Assembly: GCA_016192705.1 (NCBI GenBank)
Contig: JACPTQ010000014.1
Coordinates: 15,503 to 79,502 of the forward strand
DNA: 64,000 nucleotides
Source: Deltaproteobacteria bacterium
GTDB taxonomy: Bacteria > Myxococcota > JACPTQ01
Direction of reading: 5' to 3'
Shown: one piece after another, positions 10,022-18,304 of the stretch
Numbering within the stretch: position 1 is the first letter of the stretch
Layout of the letters: each line of letters opens with the position of its first letter
The notes under the pieces: model-generated
What the model was told of the DNA's origin: nothing
Databases searched by the model: none
Seen by the model: only the letters and a program-made list of their open reading frames with translations
Position numbers and translations under genes: made by a program

Positions 10022-13000
10022 CTAGTTCTCGGTGCCGGGGATTCTCGCGTTGAGCGGCGGCGCTTGGTCGGGGATGTTGTCGACGCGTATCATGCCGCGG
10101 TTGTAGCAGGTGACATAGAGTGAGCGCGCGCGACCCGCGAGCGTCGATTTGTCGAACGTCGCTGCGGCGGCGCGGCAGCCAAAGTCGCGGTCGTCGGCAA
10201 GGCGGCTCCATGTGACGCCATCGAACGTCGCGAAGACGCCGGTGTTGCCAACGGCGAAGCGCGTGCGTGGCTCGTCGGCGACGAAGACCATGTCGGTCAA
10301 GAGCGCCGAGAGTCCGCCCACGCCGTAATCGCGCTCGACCCAGGCTTCTGTCGCGCGCGACTCGGGGTTTCCATACGGGGCGCCGACGAGCGTTGCGAGG
10401 TTTTCGAGCGAAGCGACGCGCGTCCAGGTGCGGCCGCCGTTTTGCGTGATTTTGATCCCGGCGGGGCACGCCCCAGAGCCCGGGTCGTCGATGTAGACCA
10501 TCGCGCTGTTGTACGGGTTTACGAAAAAGCTTGAGACCGCGCACGCTCCGTTGGTGCCAGGGCTCGCCGTGTTAACGACCTTCAAGACGCTCGTCCAGCT
10601 GCCCATGTTCGCGATTCGAAGGAGGTCGCCGCTGCGCGTCCAAGCGTAGTTGACCGGATTCGCGTGCCCGCCGGCTGGTTGGACGATCGCGGTGTCGGCT
10701 GGAAGTCCGCTCGCGACGACACCCCACCGGTTGGTGTAAGGCGTGCTCGGGCAGGCCGCGGTGTTTCGATCGGCGTCGATCACTTGCGCGCGGAAAAGCG
10801 TGACGCCGTCGGGCGCCGGACGGCTGCCATTCGGCTCATAGTAATCGAGCATCACGAGATCCGCGGCAAGCGGGCAGCCGGAGACCGTGCCGGTCGTTGT
10901 GGGAATTTCGGCCGGTAGCGTCTGGATGACGTGGCGATTTCCCCAGCCCCAGATGGGGGGCGCCGACGTTGCGCCATCGGGCGCGGCGACGAACGGCACG
11001 CTGTAGAATCGAACGCCACCGCCGATGTCGCGCGAACCGAAGGCCGGTGTACAGCCGGGTGTGTTCGAGCCGACGCACCACTGGTAAGGAGCGGTCGGGT
11101 AACGGCCGTTCGTGGCGAAGATGCCGAAGCTCGACGATCCGCGGGGGTGATCGACTTGGACGACGCGATCCGCGGCGGCTGGGTGGGCGTCGGCCATGAA
11201 GCGGCCACAGTCGCCGCACGTTCCCGTTTCGCCGGTCCAGTTTGTTGCGGGGTCGGGGTTGGAGGAGCTGTCCCAACTTGTGGGCGGTGAGTCTGGGTTT
11301 ACGTAGAAGTAGTCGTTGTCCTGCGTGCCGGAGTAGTGCGCGGGGCGAGACGCGCCTGGGCGTGAAAGCGTCGCACCGCCCGTCATCCAAAGTGTCCCGA
11401 GACCGCGGCCGGATGCGGGTTTTGTCGCGAAAGGCGAGAGGTTGCAACCGGGTGTGAGGAGGCCGAAGAGCGTTTTCGGGCACGTGCGGATCGTTCCTGC
11501 GGGCGAGGCGTAAAGGCCGCCGTCGTTCGCGACGAACGCGCGGCCCGCGGTGTGGATGAGGCTCGCGTTTGCGCAGGCGGCGCGGCGCGATGCGGCGCAC
11601 CCGGGCTGGATGGCGAACGTTGCGGCGAAATCGTCCGATACGTAGACGTCGTGCGGATCGACGTGGATGAAGAGTGGCGCATCGCCTTCGGCCGGGTTTT
11701 GGCCGTCAAGGCGCGCCCAGCGGCCGAGTTGCGGCGCGGCCGGTGAGTCGATGGGGGGGAGGCCGTCATGAACGTGAACGGTCGTCGCGTCGGCGAAAAA
11801 GAGGTAAAAGCCGGTGCCGCTCGGCTTTCGCGTCGCGAGGATTGCGGGTCGTCCGGAAGGCGTCGCTTGTCCGAAGTAACTCGGCGGCGACGCGAGAGGC
11901 GATGACGCCCATCGAACGACGCGCGCGGCTGGGTCGAAGGACCCCATCCAAAGCCCGGCCTCGCCGCAGCCGAGATTCGCGGACGCGGCGGCTGGGCACT
12001 CGGCTGGCGCACCGCGGGGCGGGTTAACGGGGGCACCGCAGCGCGTCCCTTCAATTTGGCATGCGTCGAAGTACCGTGGGCCGCGCGAGGTGTTGGCGAG
12101 TGTGACGACTATCGTTCCGGGGGTTGTGGGGGGGGTGGCGAGGGCATGGGGGGCACCGGTCCAGCTGCAGCCGTACGCGCGATTGGGACCGAGGCCGAAG
12201 TTCGTCGTGAACGTCGCGCCGCTGTCGATCGAAACGGCGAATCCCGCGGCCCCGCACGCGTAAACGCGATTTCCCGTCGTCGTGCGTTCGGAAACGGCGA
12301 TGTAGTTGAGCGCGGGACGACCGCCGTTGGGGGCGCGCCCGACTTCCGTCCAGTTGCGTCCCCCATTGCGGCTGACGGCGAGCCCGCACGATCCCGCGGC
12401 GAACACGGTGTTCGGGTCGTCGGGTGCAAAGCGAACTTGGGTGACGACGGCGCCCTTACCGCAACTCGGCATGTACGTCGGCATCCACGTACGTCCCGCG
12501 TCGTTCGAAGTCCAGACGCCGCCTGCGTACGACTTGAGGAAGCCGCTGTTCTCAAAGTCGCCGGTCGCGAGGAGAACGGTCGAGCCGTCGGCTGGCGTTG
12601 GTGAAACGGCGATTTCGTTGATCTGCGAAACCCCAGGCGAGAAAAAGGGCGATGTGAGGGGGTGGCGGCACGCGACCTTCGTGTTCGCTTGGCACCAGTT
12701 CGCGCCGTAGTCGTCGGAGCGCCAGAGTCCTGTTCGAAGGCCGGTTGCGTAGAGGCGACGGCCGCTTGGCGAGCCGCTCATCGCGCGGACCGGGCCCGCG
12801 AGTGACTGTCGAGCGGGGTCGCGGGTGCGCGACGCGGGGCCGACGTCGGTGATGGTGATGCGTGGGCGCGGTGACGTCGGGGACGGCTCATGCTCGCGCG
12901 GAAGGGCGACGTGGGTTTGCGGCGTCGGGCGGAGTGCGTCGGTGCTCGCGCGCGTCTCGGGTGAGCCGTCACCACAGGCGACGACGGCGAGAAGAAGCGA

Positions 13001-13042
13001 AATCAGCTTGAGAGAAGCGGTTGTTGGTCGTCGTGATGGCAT
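10022..13042 (-). CDS. large BNR/Asp-box repeat lipoprotein (sialidase / glycosidase-like beta-propeller)
   Basis: Lipoprotein-type signal (MPSRRPTTASLKLISLLLAVVACGDG) and several Asp-box motifs S-x-D-x-G-x-T-W (WRSDDYGANW, TSNDAGRTW, SRNGGRNW, SIDSGATF, TQNGGRTW). Start chosen at the internal ATG preceding the signal peptide. Confidence 0.6.
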   Translation of the reverse strand: MPSRRPTTASLKLISLLLAVVACGDGSPETRASTDALRPTPQTHVALPREHEPSPTSPRPRITITDVGPASRTRDPARQSLAGPVRAMSGSPSGRRLYATGLRTGLWRSDDYGANWCQANTKVACRHPLTSPFFSPGVSQINEIAVSPTPADGSTVLLATGDFENSGFLKSYAGGVWTSNDAGRTWMPTYMPSCGKGAVVTQVRFAPDDPNTVFAAGSCGLAVSRNGGRNWTEVGRAPNGGRPALNYIAVSERTTTGNRVYACGAAGFAVSIDSGATFTTNFGLGPNRAYGCSWTGAPHALATPPTTPGTIVVTLANTSRGPRYFDACQIEGTRCGAPVNPPRGAPAECPAAASANLGCGEAGLWMGSFDPAARVVRWASSPLASPPSYFGQATPSGRPAILATRKPSGTGFYLFFADATTVHVHDGLPPIDSPAAPQLGRWARLDGQNPAEGDAPLFIHVDPHDVYVSDDFAATFAIQPGCAASRRAACANASLIHTAGRAFVANDGGLYASPAGTIRTCPKTLFGLLTPGCNLSPFATKPASGRGLGTLWMTGGATLSRPGASRPAHYSGTQDNDYFYVNPDSPPTSWDSSSNPDPATNWTGETGTCGDCGRFMADAHPAAADRVVQVDHPRGSSSFGIFATNGRYPTAPYQWCVGSNTPGCTPAFGSRDIGGGVRFYSVPFVAAPDGATSAPPIWGWGNRHVIQTLPAEIPTTTGTVSGCPLAADLVMLDYYEPNGSRPAPDGVTLFRAQVIDADRNTAACPSTPYTNRWGVVASGLPADTAIVQPAGGHANPVNYAWTRSGDLLRIANMGSWTSVLKVVNTASPGTNGACAVSSFFVNPYNSAMVYIDDPGSGACPAGIKITQNGGRTWTRVASLENLATLVGAPYGNPESRATEAWVERDYGVGGLSALLTDMVFVADEPRTRFAVGNTGVFATFDGVTWSRLADDRDFGCRAAAATFDKSTLAGRARSLYVTCYNRGMIRVDNIPDQAPPLNARIPGTEN

Positions 13043-13200
13043 TGGGCCTCCTTGCTGTGGAAAGCCGAAAAAGCAAACGCGGGACCGGCCAGAATCCCGC
13101 GTAACATCGCGCACGTGACGCGCGACGAAGTGCGATCGTTGATCGCGAATGGGGGAGAATTGATCGGGGTTGGGCGCCGTCGCGAATGCGCCCGTCGGCG

Positions 13201-14223
13201 TCAGGCGCCCACGACGAGCACGACTTTCCCGATGTTTCGCCGTTCTTGAATGTAGCGGTGCGCCAGGGAGGCCTCGCCCATCGGAAAGGTTCGGTCGACG
13301 CGTGGACTCAGCTTGCCGTCGCGCACCCACGCGAGAATCTGGTCGAGGTCACGCGCGAGCGAGTCGGGGTTTTTGATGGCGAAGTGATTCATGTTGATGC
13401 CGAGCACGGCGCGGTTTTGGTTCATGAGCGAAACTGGATGAAACCGGGGCATACCGAGGAGCGTTTTTAATGCGCTCCAGATGCTGCGCCGCTCGCCCGT
13501 GACCATCGACGACACGCCGTACATCACGAGGCGGCCGCCGTGTTTGAGAATGCGCGCGCCCTTTTTGAGCGACGAGCCGCCCTGCGAATCGAGAACGACG
13601 TCGACGCCGACGCCATTTGTGAGGCGCATGACTTCGGCCTCGAAATCTTGCGAGCGGTAATCAATAACGTGCGCAACCCCTTGTCCCACAAGGAAATCGC
13701 GCTTGGCCGCCGACGCCGTGCCGATCACCGTCGCGCCCGCGATTCGACAAAACTCGATCGCCGCAAGCCCGACGCCGCCAGCGGCCGCGTGCACAAGAAC
13801 CGTCTCTCCCGCCTTGACGGTCGTCGCACCGAACAGCCCGCGGTACGCCGTCAGGTAAACCACGGGAATTGACGCCGCTGTCGCATCGTCGCATCCGTCC
13901 GGAATGGCCCGCACCGCGCGTGCATCGGCAACGGCGAGCTCCGCGTAGCCCCCGAACATGACGGGCGCGACCACGCGAATCCCCGCGGGAAGCCCGTGCT
14001 CGGGGAGCGCGTTGACCAGCGTCCCCGCGACCTCGTACCCCAGAATCATCGGGCGTGGCGGCGCATCGGGGTAAAGCCCAAGCCGCGCGACGATGTCCGC
14101 GAAGTTGACGCCCGCGGCGCGGACGCGAATCAGCGCCTGGCCCGCTTTCGGCACGGGATCGGGCGCGTCGGCGACCTCGAGTCGCTCGGGCGGACCGAAC
14201 TTGCGAACGACCACAGCTTTCAT
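13201..14223 (-). CDS. NAD(P)H-dependent quinone oxidoreductase-like protein (MDR superfamily, Zn-independent)
   Basis: MKAVVV..GxxE..V.AAGVNFAD.. and Rossmann AAGGVGLAAIEF motifs; start ATG 14223 overlaps the stop of the upstream UbiA gene (ATGA). Confidence 0.8.
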   Translation of the reverse strand: MKAVVVRKFGPPERLEVADAPDPVPKAGQALIRVRAAGVNFADIVARLGLYPDAPPRPMILGYEVAGTLVNALPEHGLPAGIRVVAPVMFGGYAELAVADARAVRAIPDGCDDATAASIPVVYLTAYRGLFGATTVKAGETVLVHAAAGGVGLAAIEFCRIAGATVIGTASAAKRDFLVGQGVAHVIDYRSQDFEAEVMRLTNGVGVDVVLDSQGGSSLKKGARILKHGGRLVMYGVSSMVTGERRSIWSALKTLLGMPRFHPVSLMNQNRAVLGINMNHFAIKNPDSLARDLDQILAWVRDGKLSPRVDRTFPMGEASLAHRYIQERRNIGKVVLVVGA

Positions 14224-15179
14224 AAATAAATGATGATCGCCGTGGCACCGCCCCATGCGAGCGCCGACAAAACGATATGCGGGTCGGTCAAGACGACGCG
14301 CGTCGGGCTCCCACCTTTGCCGTGTCGGTGCACGAGATAGAGGTAGCGAAAAATCCCATACGCGACGATCGGCAGCGTAAAGACGAGGTTGGGGCCAAGG
14401 CGTTCGACCGTGTGGTGATCGAGCGTGTAGAGCGCATATGAAACGAGCGCGAGCGCGGCGGTGATTGCGGTGAGCTGGTCGAGGAGGCTGACGTCGTATT
14501 CGCCGAGGATTTGGCGAAAGCGAGCCGCCGTGCCGTTCCCCTCGGTGATTTCACCGCGACGTTTAGCGACTGCGAGGAAGAGCGCGAGGAAGATCGTGCA
14601 TGCGAGGAGCCACGACGACGCCGCGACGTCGATCGCGATGGCGCCCGCAAAGACGCGAATGACGAAGCCGAGCGAAACGATAAACACGTCGAGGATAACG
14701 ATCTCTTTGAGCTTGAGCGAATACGCGACATTGAGGACGAGATAAAACGTGACGGCGAGCCCCAGCGGGACCTTGAGCGCGAACGCGCCGCCGAGCGCGG
14801 CAACCGCGAGCAGAAGCGCAATCCAAAGCGCGACCGACGCCGGAACGAGCCCGCTCGCGATCGGGCGCGACGCCTTCTCGGGGTGCTCGCGATCGAAGTC
14901 GCGGTCGATGACGTCGTTCAAAAGGTAGACGGCGCTTGCGGCCGCGCAAAAAGCCGCGAAGGCGAGAGCCGCGGCGACGACGCGCCCCGAGTCGTTGACC
15001 TTCTGCGCGAAAAAGAGCGGCGCAAAGATGAACCCGTTTTTCACCCACTGGGCCGGCCGCATGGCTCGCGCAACGCCCCAGGCGACGCTCAAAACGTCGC
15101 CTCGCGCGCAATCGGGCGATAACGGTCCGCCTGCGGTTGCATCATTTGACTCACGTATGCGCGGAATGGGACTGGCCAT
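14220..15179 (-). CDS. UbiA-family prenyltransferase resembling decaprenyl-phosphate phosphoribosyltransferase
   Basis: Polytopic membrane protein with RPAQWVKNGFIFAPLFFA and the Asp-rich NDVIDRDFDREHPEK motif, as in DPPR-synthase-like UbiA enzymes. Start could be the internal ATG at 15062. Confidence 0.7.
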   Translation of the reverse strand: MASPIPRIRESNDATAGGPLSPDCARGDVLSVAWGVARAMRPAQWVKNGFIFAPLFFAQKVNDSGRVVAAALAFAAFCAAASAVYLLNDVIDRDFDREHPEKASRPIASGLVPASVALWIALLLAVAALGGAFALKVPLGLAVTFYLVLNVAYSLKLKEIVILDVFIVSLGFVIRVFAGAIAIDVAASSWLLACTIFLALFLAVAKRRGEITEGNGTAARFRQILGEYDVSLLDQLTAITAALALVSYALYTLDHHTVERLGPNLVFTLPIVAYGIFRYLYLVHRHGKGGSPTRVVLTDPHIVLSALAWGGATAIIIYL

Positions 15180-15187
15180 TTCAACTT

Positions 15188-16678
15188 TTACCCTTGGGGC
15201 AGCGTTCCCGCGTCGGCGTGTTCGCGAAGGCCGAACTCTTTCATTTTGTTTTGCAACCCTTTACGCGAGATTTTAAGCAGTTTCGCGGCCCTTGTCACGT
15301 TTCCTGCGGTCGACGTGAGCGCCCGCTGAATCAGGTCTTTTTCGATGCGGAGCGTCGTCTCCTTGACGATCGCCTTGAGCGAACCCGTTTGCGGCGCCGC
15401 GCTTGCCGGCGCCATCCCCGCGGCCAACGCCGTCGCCGTTTCCGCGGCAGCGCTCGCCTCGGCACGATTCACGCGCTCGCGAAGCGCCGTAGGCAAATCC
15501 GGTAAATCAAGCCGCTCGCTCTCCGCGAAAAGAAGCGCGCGTTCGAGCACGTTTTCAAGCTCGCGAATGTTCCCCGGCCACGAATACGCCATCAGCGCCG
15601 CCATGGCCGAATCGCTCACGTCGCGGACCGACTTCTTGAGGCGCCGGTTGTACTTCTCGATGAAGTGCTGCACGAGGAGCGGCACGTCGTCCCGGCGATC
15701 GCGAAGCGGCGCGAGCGCAACCGGCACGACGTGAATCCGATAGTAAAGGTCTTCGCGAAAACCGCCCGCGGCGATGTCCTTTTCGAGGTCGCGGTTCGTC
15801 GCCGCGATGAGCCGCACGTCGACTTTGATCGTGCGCACGCCGCCGACGCGTTCGAATTCGCCCTCCTGCAGCGCGCGAAGGAGCTTCACTTGCATTTCAA
15901 GCGGAATTTCGCCGACCTCGTCGAGAAAAAGCGTTCCGCCGTGCGCGAGTTCAAACCGCCCCGGCTTCGATGTGGTCGCCCCCGTGAACGCCCCTTTTTC
16001 GTACCCGAACAGCTCGCTCTCCATAAGCGTCTTTGGGATCGCGGCGCCGTTGATCGCGATAAACGGTTTGTCCTTGCGCGCACTCTCGGTGTGCAGCGCC
16101 TTCGCGATGAGCTCTTTGCCGGTGCCGCTTTCGCCCGTGATGAGCACCGTCGACGGCGTGTCGGCGACTTTGCGGATGATTTGAAAAACATCCTGCATCT
16201 CGCGCGATCGCCCAACGATATCGAACGCGCCCGTTGTCACCGGCGCCGCTTCGCCCCCCGACGTCAGTTCGCCCGCGATTGCCGGTTCCGCTTGGACCTC
16301 CTGCGCCGACAGCTCGGCCGTCGCAAGCGCCTTTTGAACGACCTGCACGATCTCCTCTTGCTCAAACGGTTTTGTGATGTAGTCGAACGCGCCGGTTTTG
16401 AGCGCCTCAACGGCGGTGTCGATGGTGCCGTGCGCCGTGATGACGATGACCGGCAACCCCGGCGATTCGGCGCGCGCGCGCTTAAGAACTTCCATTCCAC
16501 CGATCCCCGGCATTTTGAGGTCGGTGATGACCACCTGAAACTCGTGTTCGCGCATCAGCGAGAGCGCCTCGGCGCCGTCGGCCGCGGCCCAGACTTCGTA
16601 GCCTTGGCGTCGCAGAATAGCCGAGAGCACCTTTCGCAGATTGAGCTCGTCGTCAGCGATGAGAATTTGCGCGTCCAT
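15188..16678 (-). CDS. sigma-54-dependent response regulator (REC + AAA+ + Fis-type HTH; NtrC family)
   Basis: REC (ILIADDE..D), Walker A GESGTGKE, sigma-54 interaction GAFTGA motif, [16 protein letters not shown]-terminal HTH. Confidence 0.9.
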   Translation of the reverse strand: MDAQILIADDELNLRKVLSAILRRQGYEVWAAADGAEALSLMREHEFQVVITDLKMPGIGGMEVLKRARAESPGLPVIVITAHGTIDTAVEALKTGAFDYITKPFEQEEIVQVVQKALATAELSAQEVQAEPAIAGELTSGGEAAPVTTGAFDIVGRSREMQDVFQIIRKVADTPSTVLITGESGTGKELIAKALHTESARKDKPFIAINGAAIPKTLMESELFGYEKGAFTGATTSKPGRFELAHGGTLFLDEVGEIPLEMQVKLLRALQEGEFERVGGVRTIKVDVRLIAATNRDLEKDIAAGGFREDLYYRIHVVPVALAPLRDRRDDVPLLVQHFIEKYNRRLKKSVRDVSDSAMAALMAYSWPGNIRELENVLERALLFAESERLDLPDLPTALRERVNRAEASAAAETATALAAGMAPASAAPQTGSLKAIVKETTLRIEKDLIQRALTSTAGNVTRAAKLLKISRKGLQNKMKEFGLREHADAGTLPQG

Positions 16679-16704
16679 TTTTCGACCAGCGTCCTATCTT
16701 GTTT

Positions 16705-17667
16705 TCACTTGCCGGGCCGTGACCATAACACGACGCGATTTCTCCCGGCACGCTTCGCGACATAGAGCGCCTCGTCCGCGAGCTGCAACAAATCGATCGC
16801 CTCCTCCGCGGGGTGAAACGGGAACGCGGCGATTCCGACGCTGGCGGTGATGCGCACTTCAACCTCGCCATTTTTAAAGCTGTGCGCTTCGAGCTTCGCG
16901 CGCACGCGCTCGCCGGCTTCGAGGATCCAATCGGGCGCATTCGTTGAGCGAAGGGGCGCGCCTTGTGCGTCGATCGCGGGCATAACGATGACGAACTCTT
17001 CGCCGCCGTATCGCGCGATGATGTCGGTTTCGCGGATCGCAGCCTTAAAAAGGTCCGACGCTTCCTTGAGAACAAAGTCGCCGACGAGGTGACCGAACGA
17101 GTCGTTCACATTCTTGAATTCGTCGATGTCGATGAGCGACACAGCGAGCTGCGTCCCATAGCGGCGCGCGCGCAAGAACTCGTACGCCAGCCGCTCGAGC
17201 AGATGTCGGCGGTTGTAAAGGCCCGTGAGCGAATCGGTCACCGCGAGGTCGCGGAGGCGATTCGTCGTTTCTTGGAGGAGGTCGTGCTGCTCTTTGACCT
17301 GCAAGTGGTTTCGAATGCGCGCCTCGACTTCGGTGATGTCGAACGGCTTTTGGAGGTACCCGTCGGCGCCGCGCGAGAAACCGCGGATGCGATCTTCGGT
17401 GTCGGCGAGCGCGGTGACGAGCAAGATGGGGAGATAGCCGGCGTTTGGGTCGCCTTTTAAGAGGCGGCAAACTTCGAATCCGTTTTGGCCCGGCATCAAG
17501 ATGTCGAGGAGAATGAGGTCGGGGCGCTCGGAGCGCGCGACGCGAAGCGTTTCGTCGCCGGTACGCGCGGTGACGACTTGATAGCCGGCGAGCGTGAGGG
17601 CTTCACGCAAAACATCGAGAGCGGTTTCGTCGTCGTCTGCGACGAGGATTTTCGGCGGCTTGTTCAT
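16705..17667 (-). CDS. response regulator with GGDEF diguanylate cyclase domain
   Basis: N-terminal REC (KILVADDDE), C-terminal GGDEF domain with RYGGEEF active-site motif. Confidence 0.85.
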   Translation of the reverse strand: MNKPPKILVADDDETALDVLREALTLAGYQVVTARTGDETLRVARSERPDLILLDILMPGQNGFEVCRLLKGDPNAGYLPILLVTALADTEDRIRGFSRGADGYLQKPFDITEVEARIRNHLQVKEQHDLLQETTNRLRDLAVTDSLTGLYNRRHLLERLAYEFLRARRYGTQLAVSLIDIDEFKNVNDSFGHLVGDFVLKEASDLFKAAIRETDIIARYGGEEFVIVMPAIDAQGAPLRSTNAPDWILEAGERVRAKLEAHSFKNGEVEVRITASVGIAAFPFHPAEEAIDLLQLADEALYVAKRAGRNRVVLWSRPGK

Positions 17668-17771
17668 CGTGAGCGTTGAACCCCGGGCCGGATACTCCCA
17701 TTCTTAGAGGTGAATGACAACAGCATCGTTTGGGGCGGGTTCAGCGACAAACCCTGATTCCCGGATAACGG

Positions 17772-18304
17772 GCAAGATTTTCGTGGGGCGGGCGGGATTT
17801 GGGCTTGCTCCGGCTCGCGGAAGTCCTCGGGTCTGACATGAAATGTGAGTCTCCACAGAATGAATCAAACATCATGAGAACGGCAATCCCACGCCCCATC
17901 GGCACCTCATCCCCTGCGCAAAGGTGCGCTGCGGGCTGCGCGGCACTGCCGCGACACCAAGTTCGGTCGAGCACAACCTGCATTTGCAACTCCGAGCACG
18001 CAAAGGTCTCGGGTGTTCCGTCGCCCTCGCGATTCTGTTCGCGTCGGCAAGCCACAGGCTTGCCAACGATTGCTCACAGAATACGCGACCCGGAGCAAGC
18101 CCAATCGCCGCCCGCCCAACCAGAATCCAGCTGTTTCCCTGGAGCGGCGGTTCAAGGACTTGGGGGTCGATCGAACGCTGGCCGACACCCAACGGGTGAA
18201 ACCTTCGTACCGCCCTCAAACCTAAAGAATACGTCCCCGGAAAGCGGCACCTGCCGACGCTACGCGCGGAAGATGACTGGTCGCTTAACCGGGGATCGAG
18301 GCGA
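17772..18304. mobile_element. MITE-like interspersed repeat, copy A (non-coding, mosaic)
   Basis: About 145 bp shares near-identity with 21019-21163 and 44524-44670. Imperfect terminal inverted repeat (left ..TTCCCGGATAACGG.., right ..CTTAACCGGGGA). Flanked by a perfect 11-bp direct repeat TCAGCGACAAA at 17761-17771 and 18305-18315. No conserved reading frame among copies. Confidence 0.7.

Noticed and set aside
17900-18130. Resemblance of repeat segments (CCCGGAGCAAGCCCAAT, GAAAGTCCTCGGGTCT) to RNase P RNA conserved regions
   Set aside because: Only short partial matches; the same segment arises as the reverse complement of the repeat's own left module, occurs in three copies with different arrangements, and lacks the other universally conserved RNase P regions.
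17772-18304. Possible small protein encoded in the repeat core (MKCESPQNESNIMRTAIPRPIGTSSPA..)
   Set aside because: The ATG is ATT in copy B, substitutions among copies are not biased toward synonymous positions, and 1-nt indels break the frame between copies.
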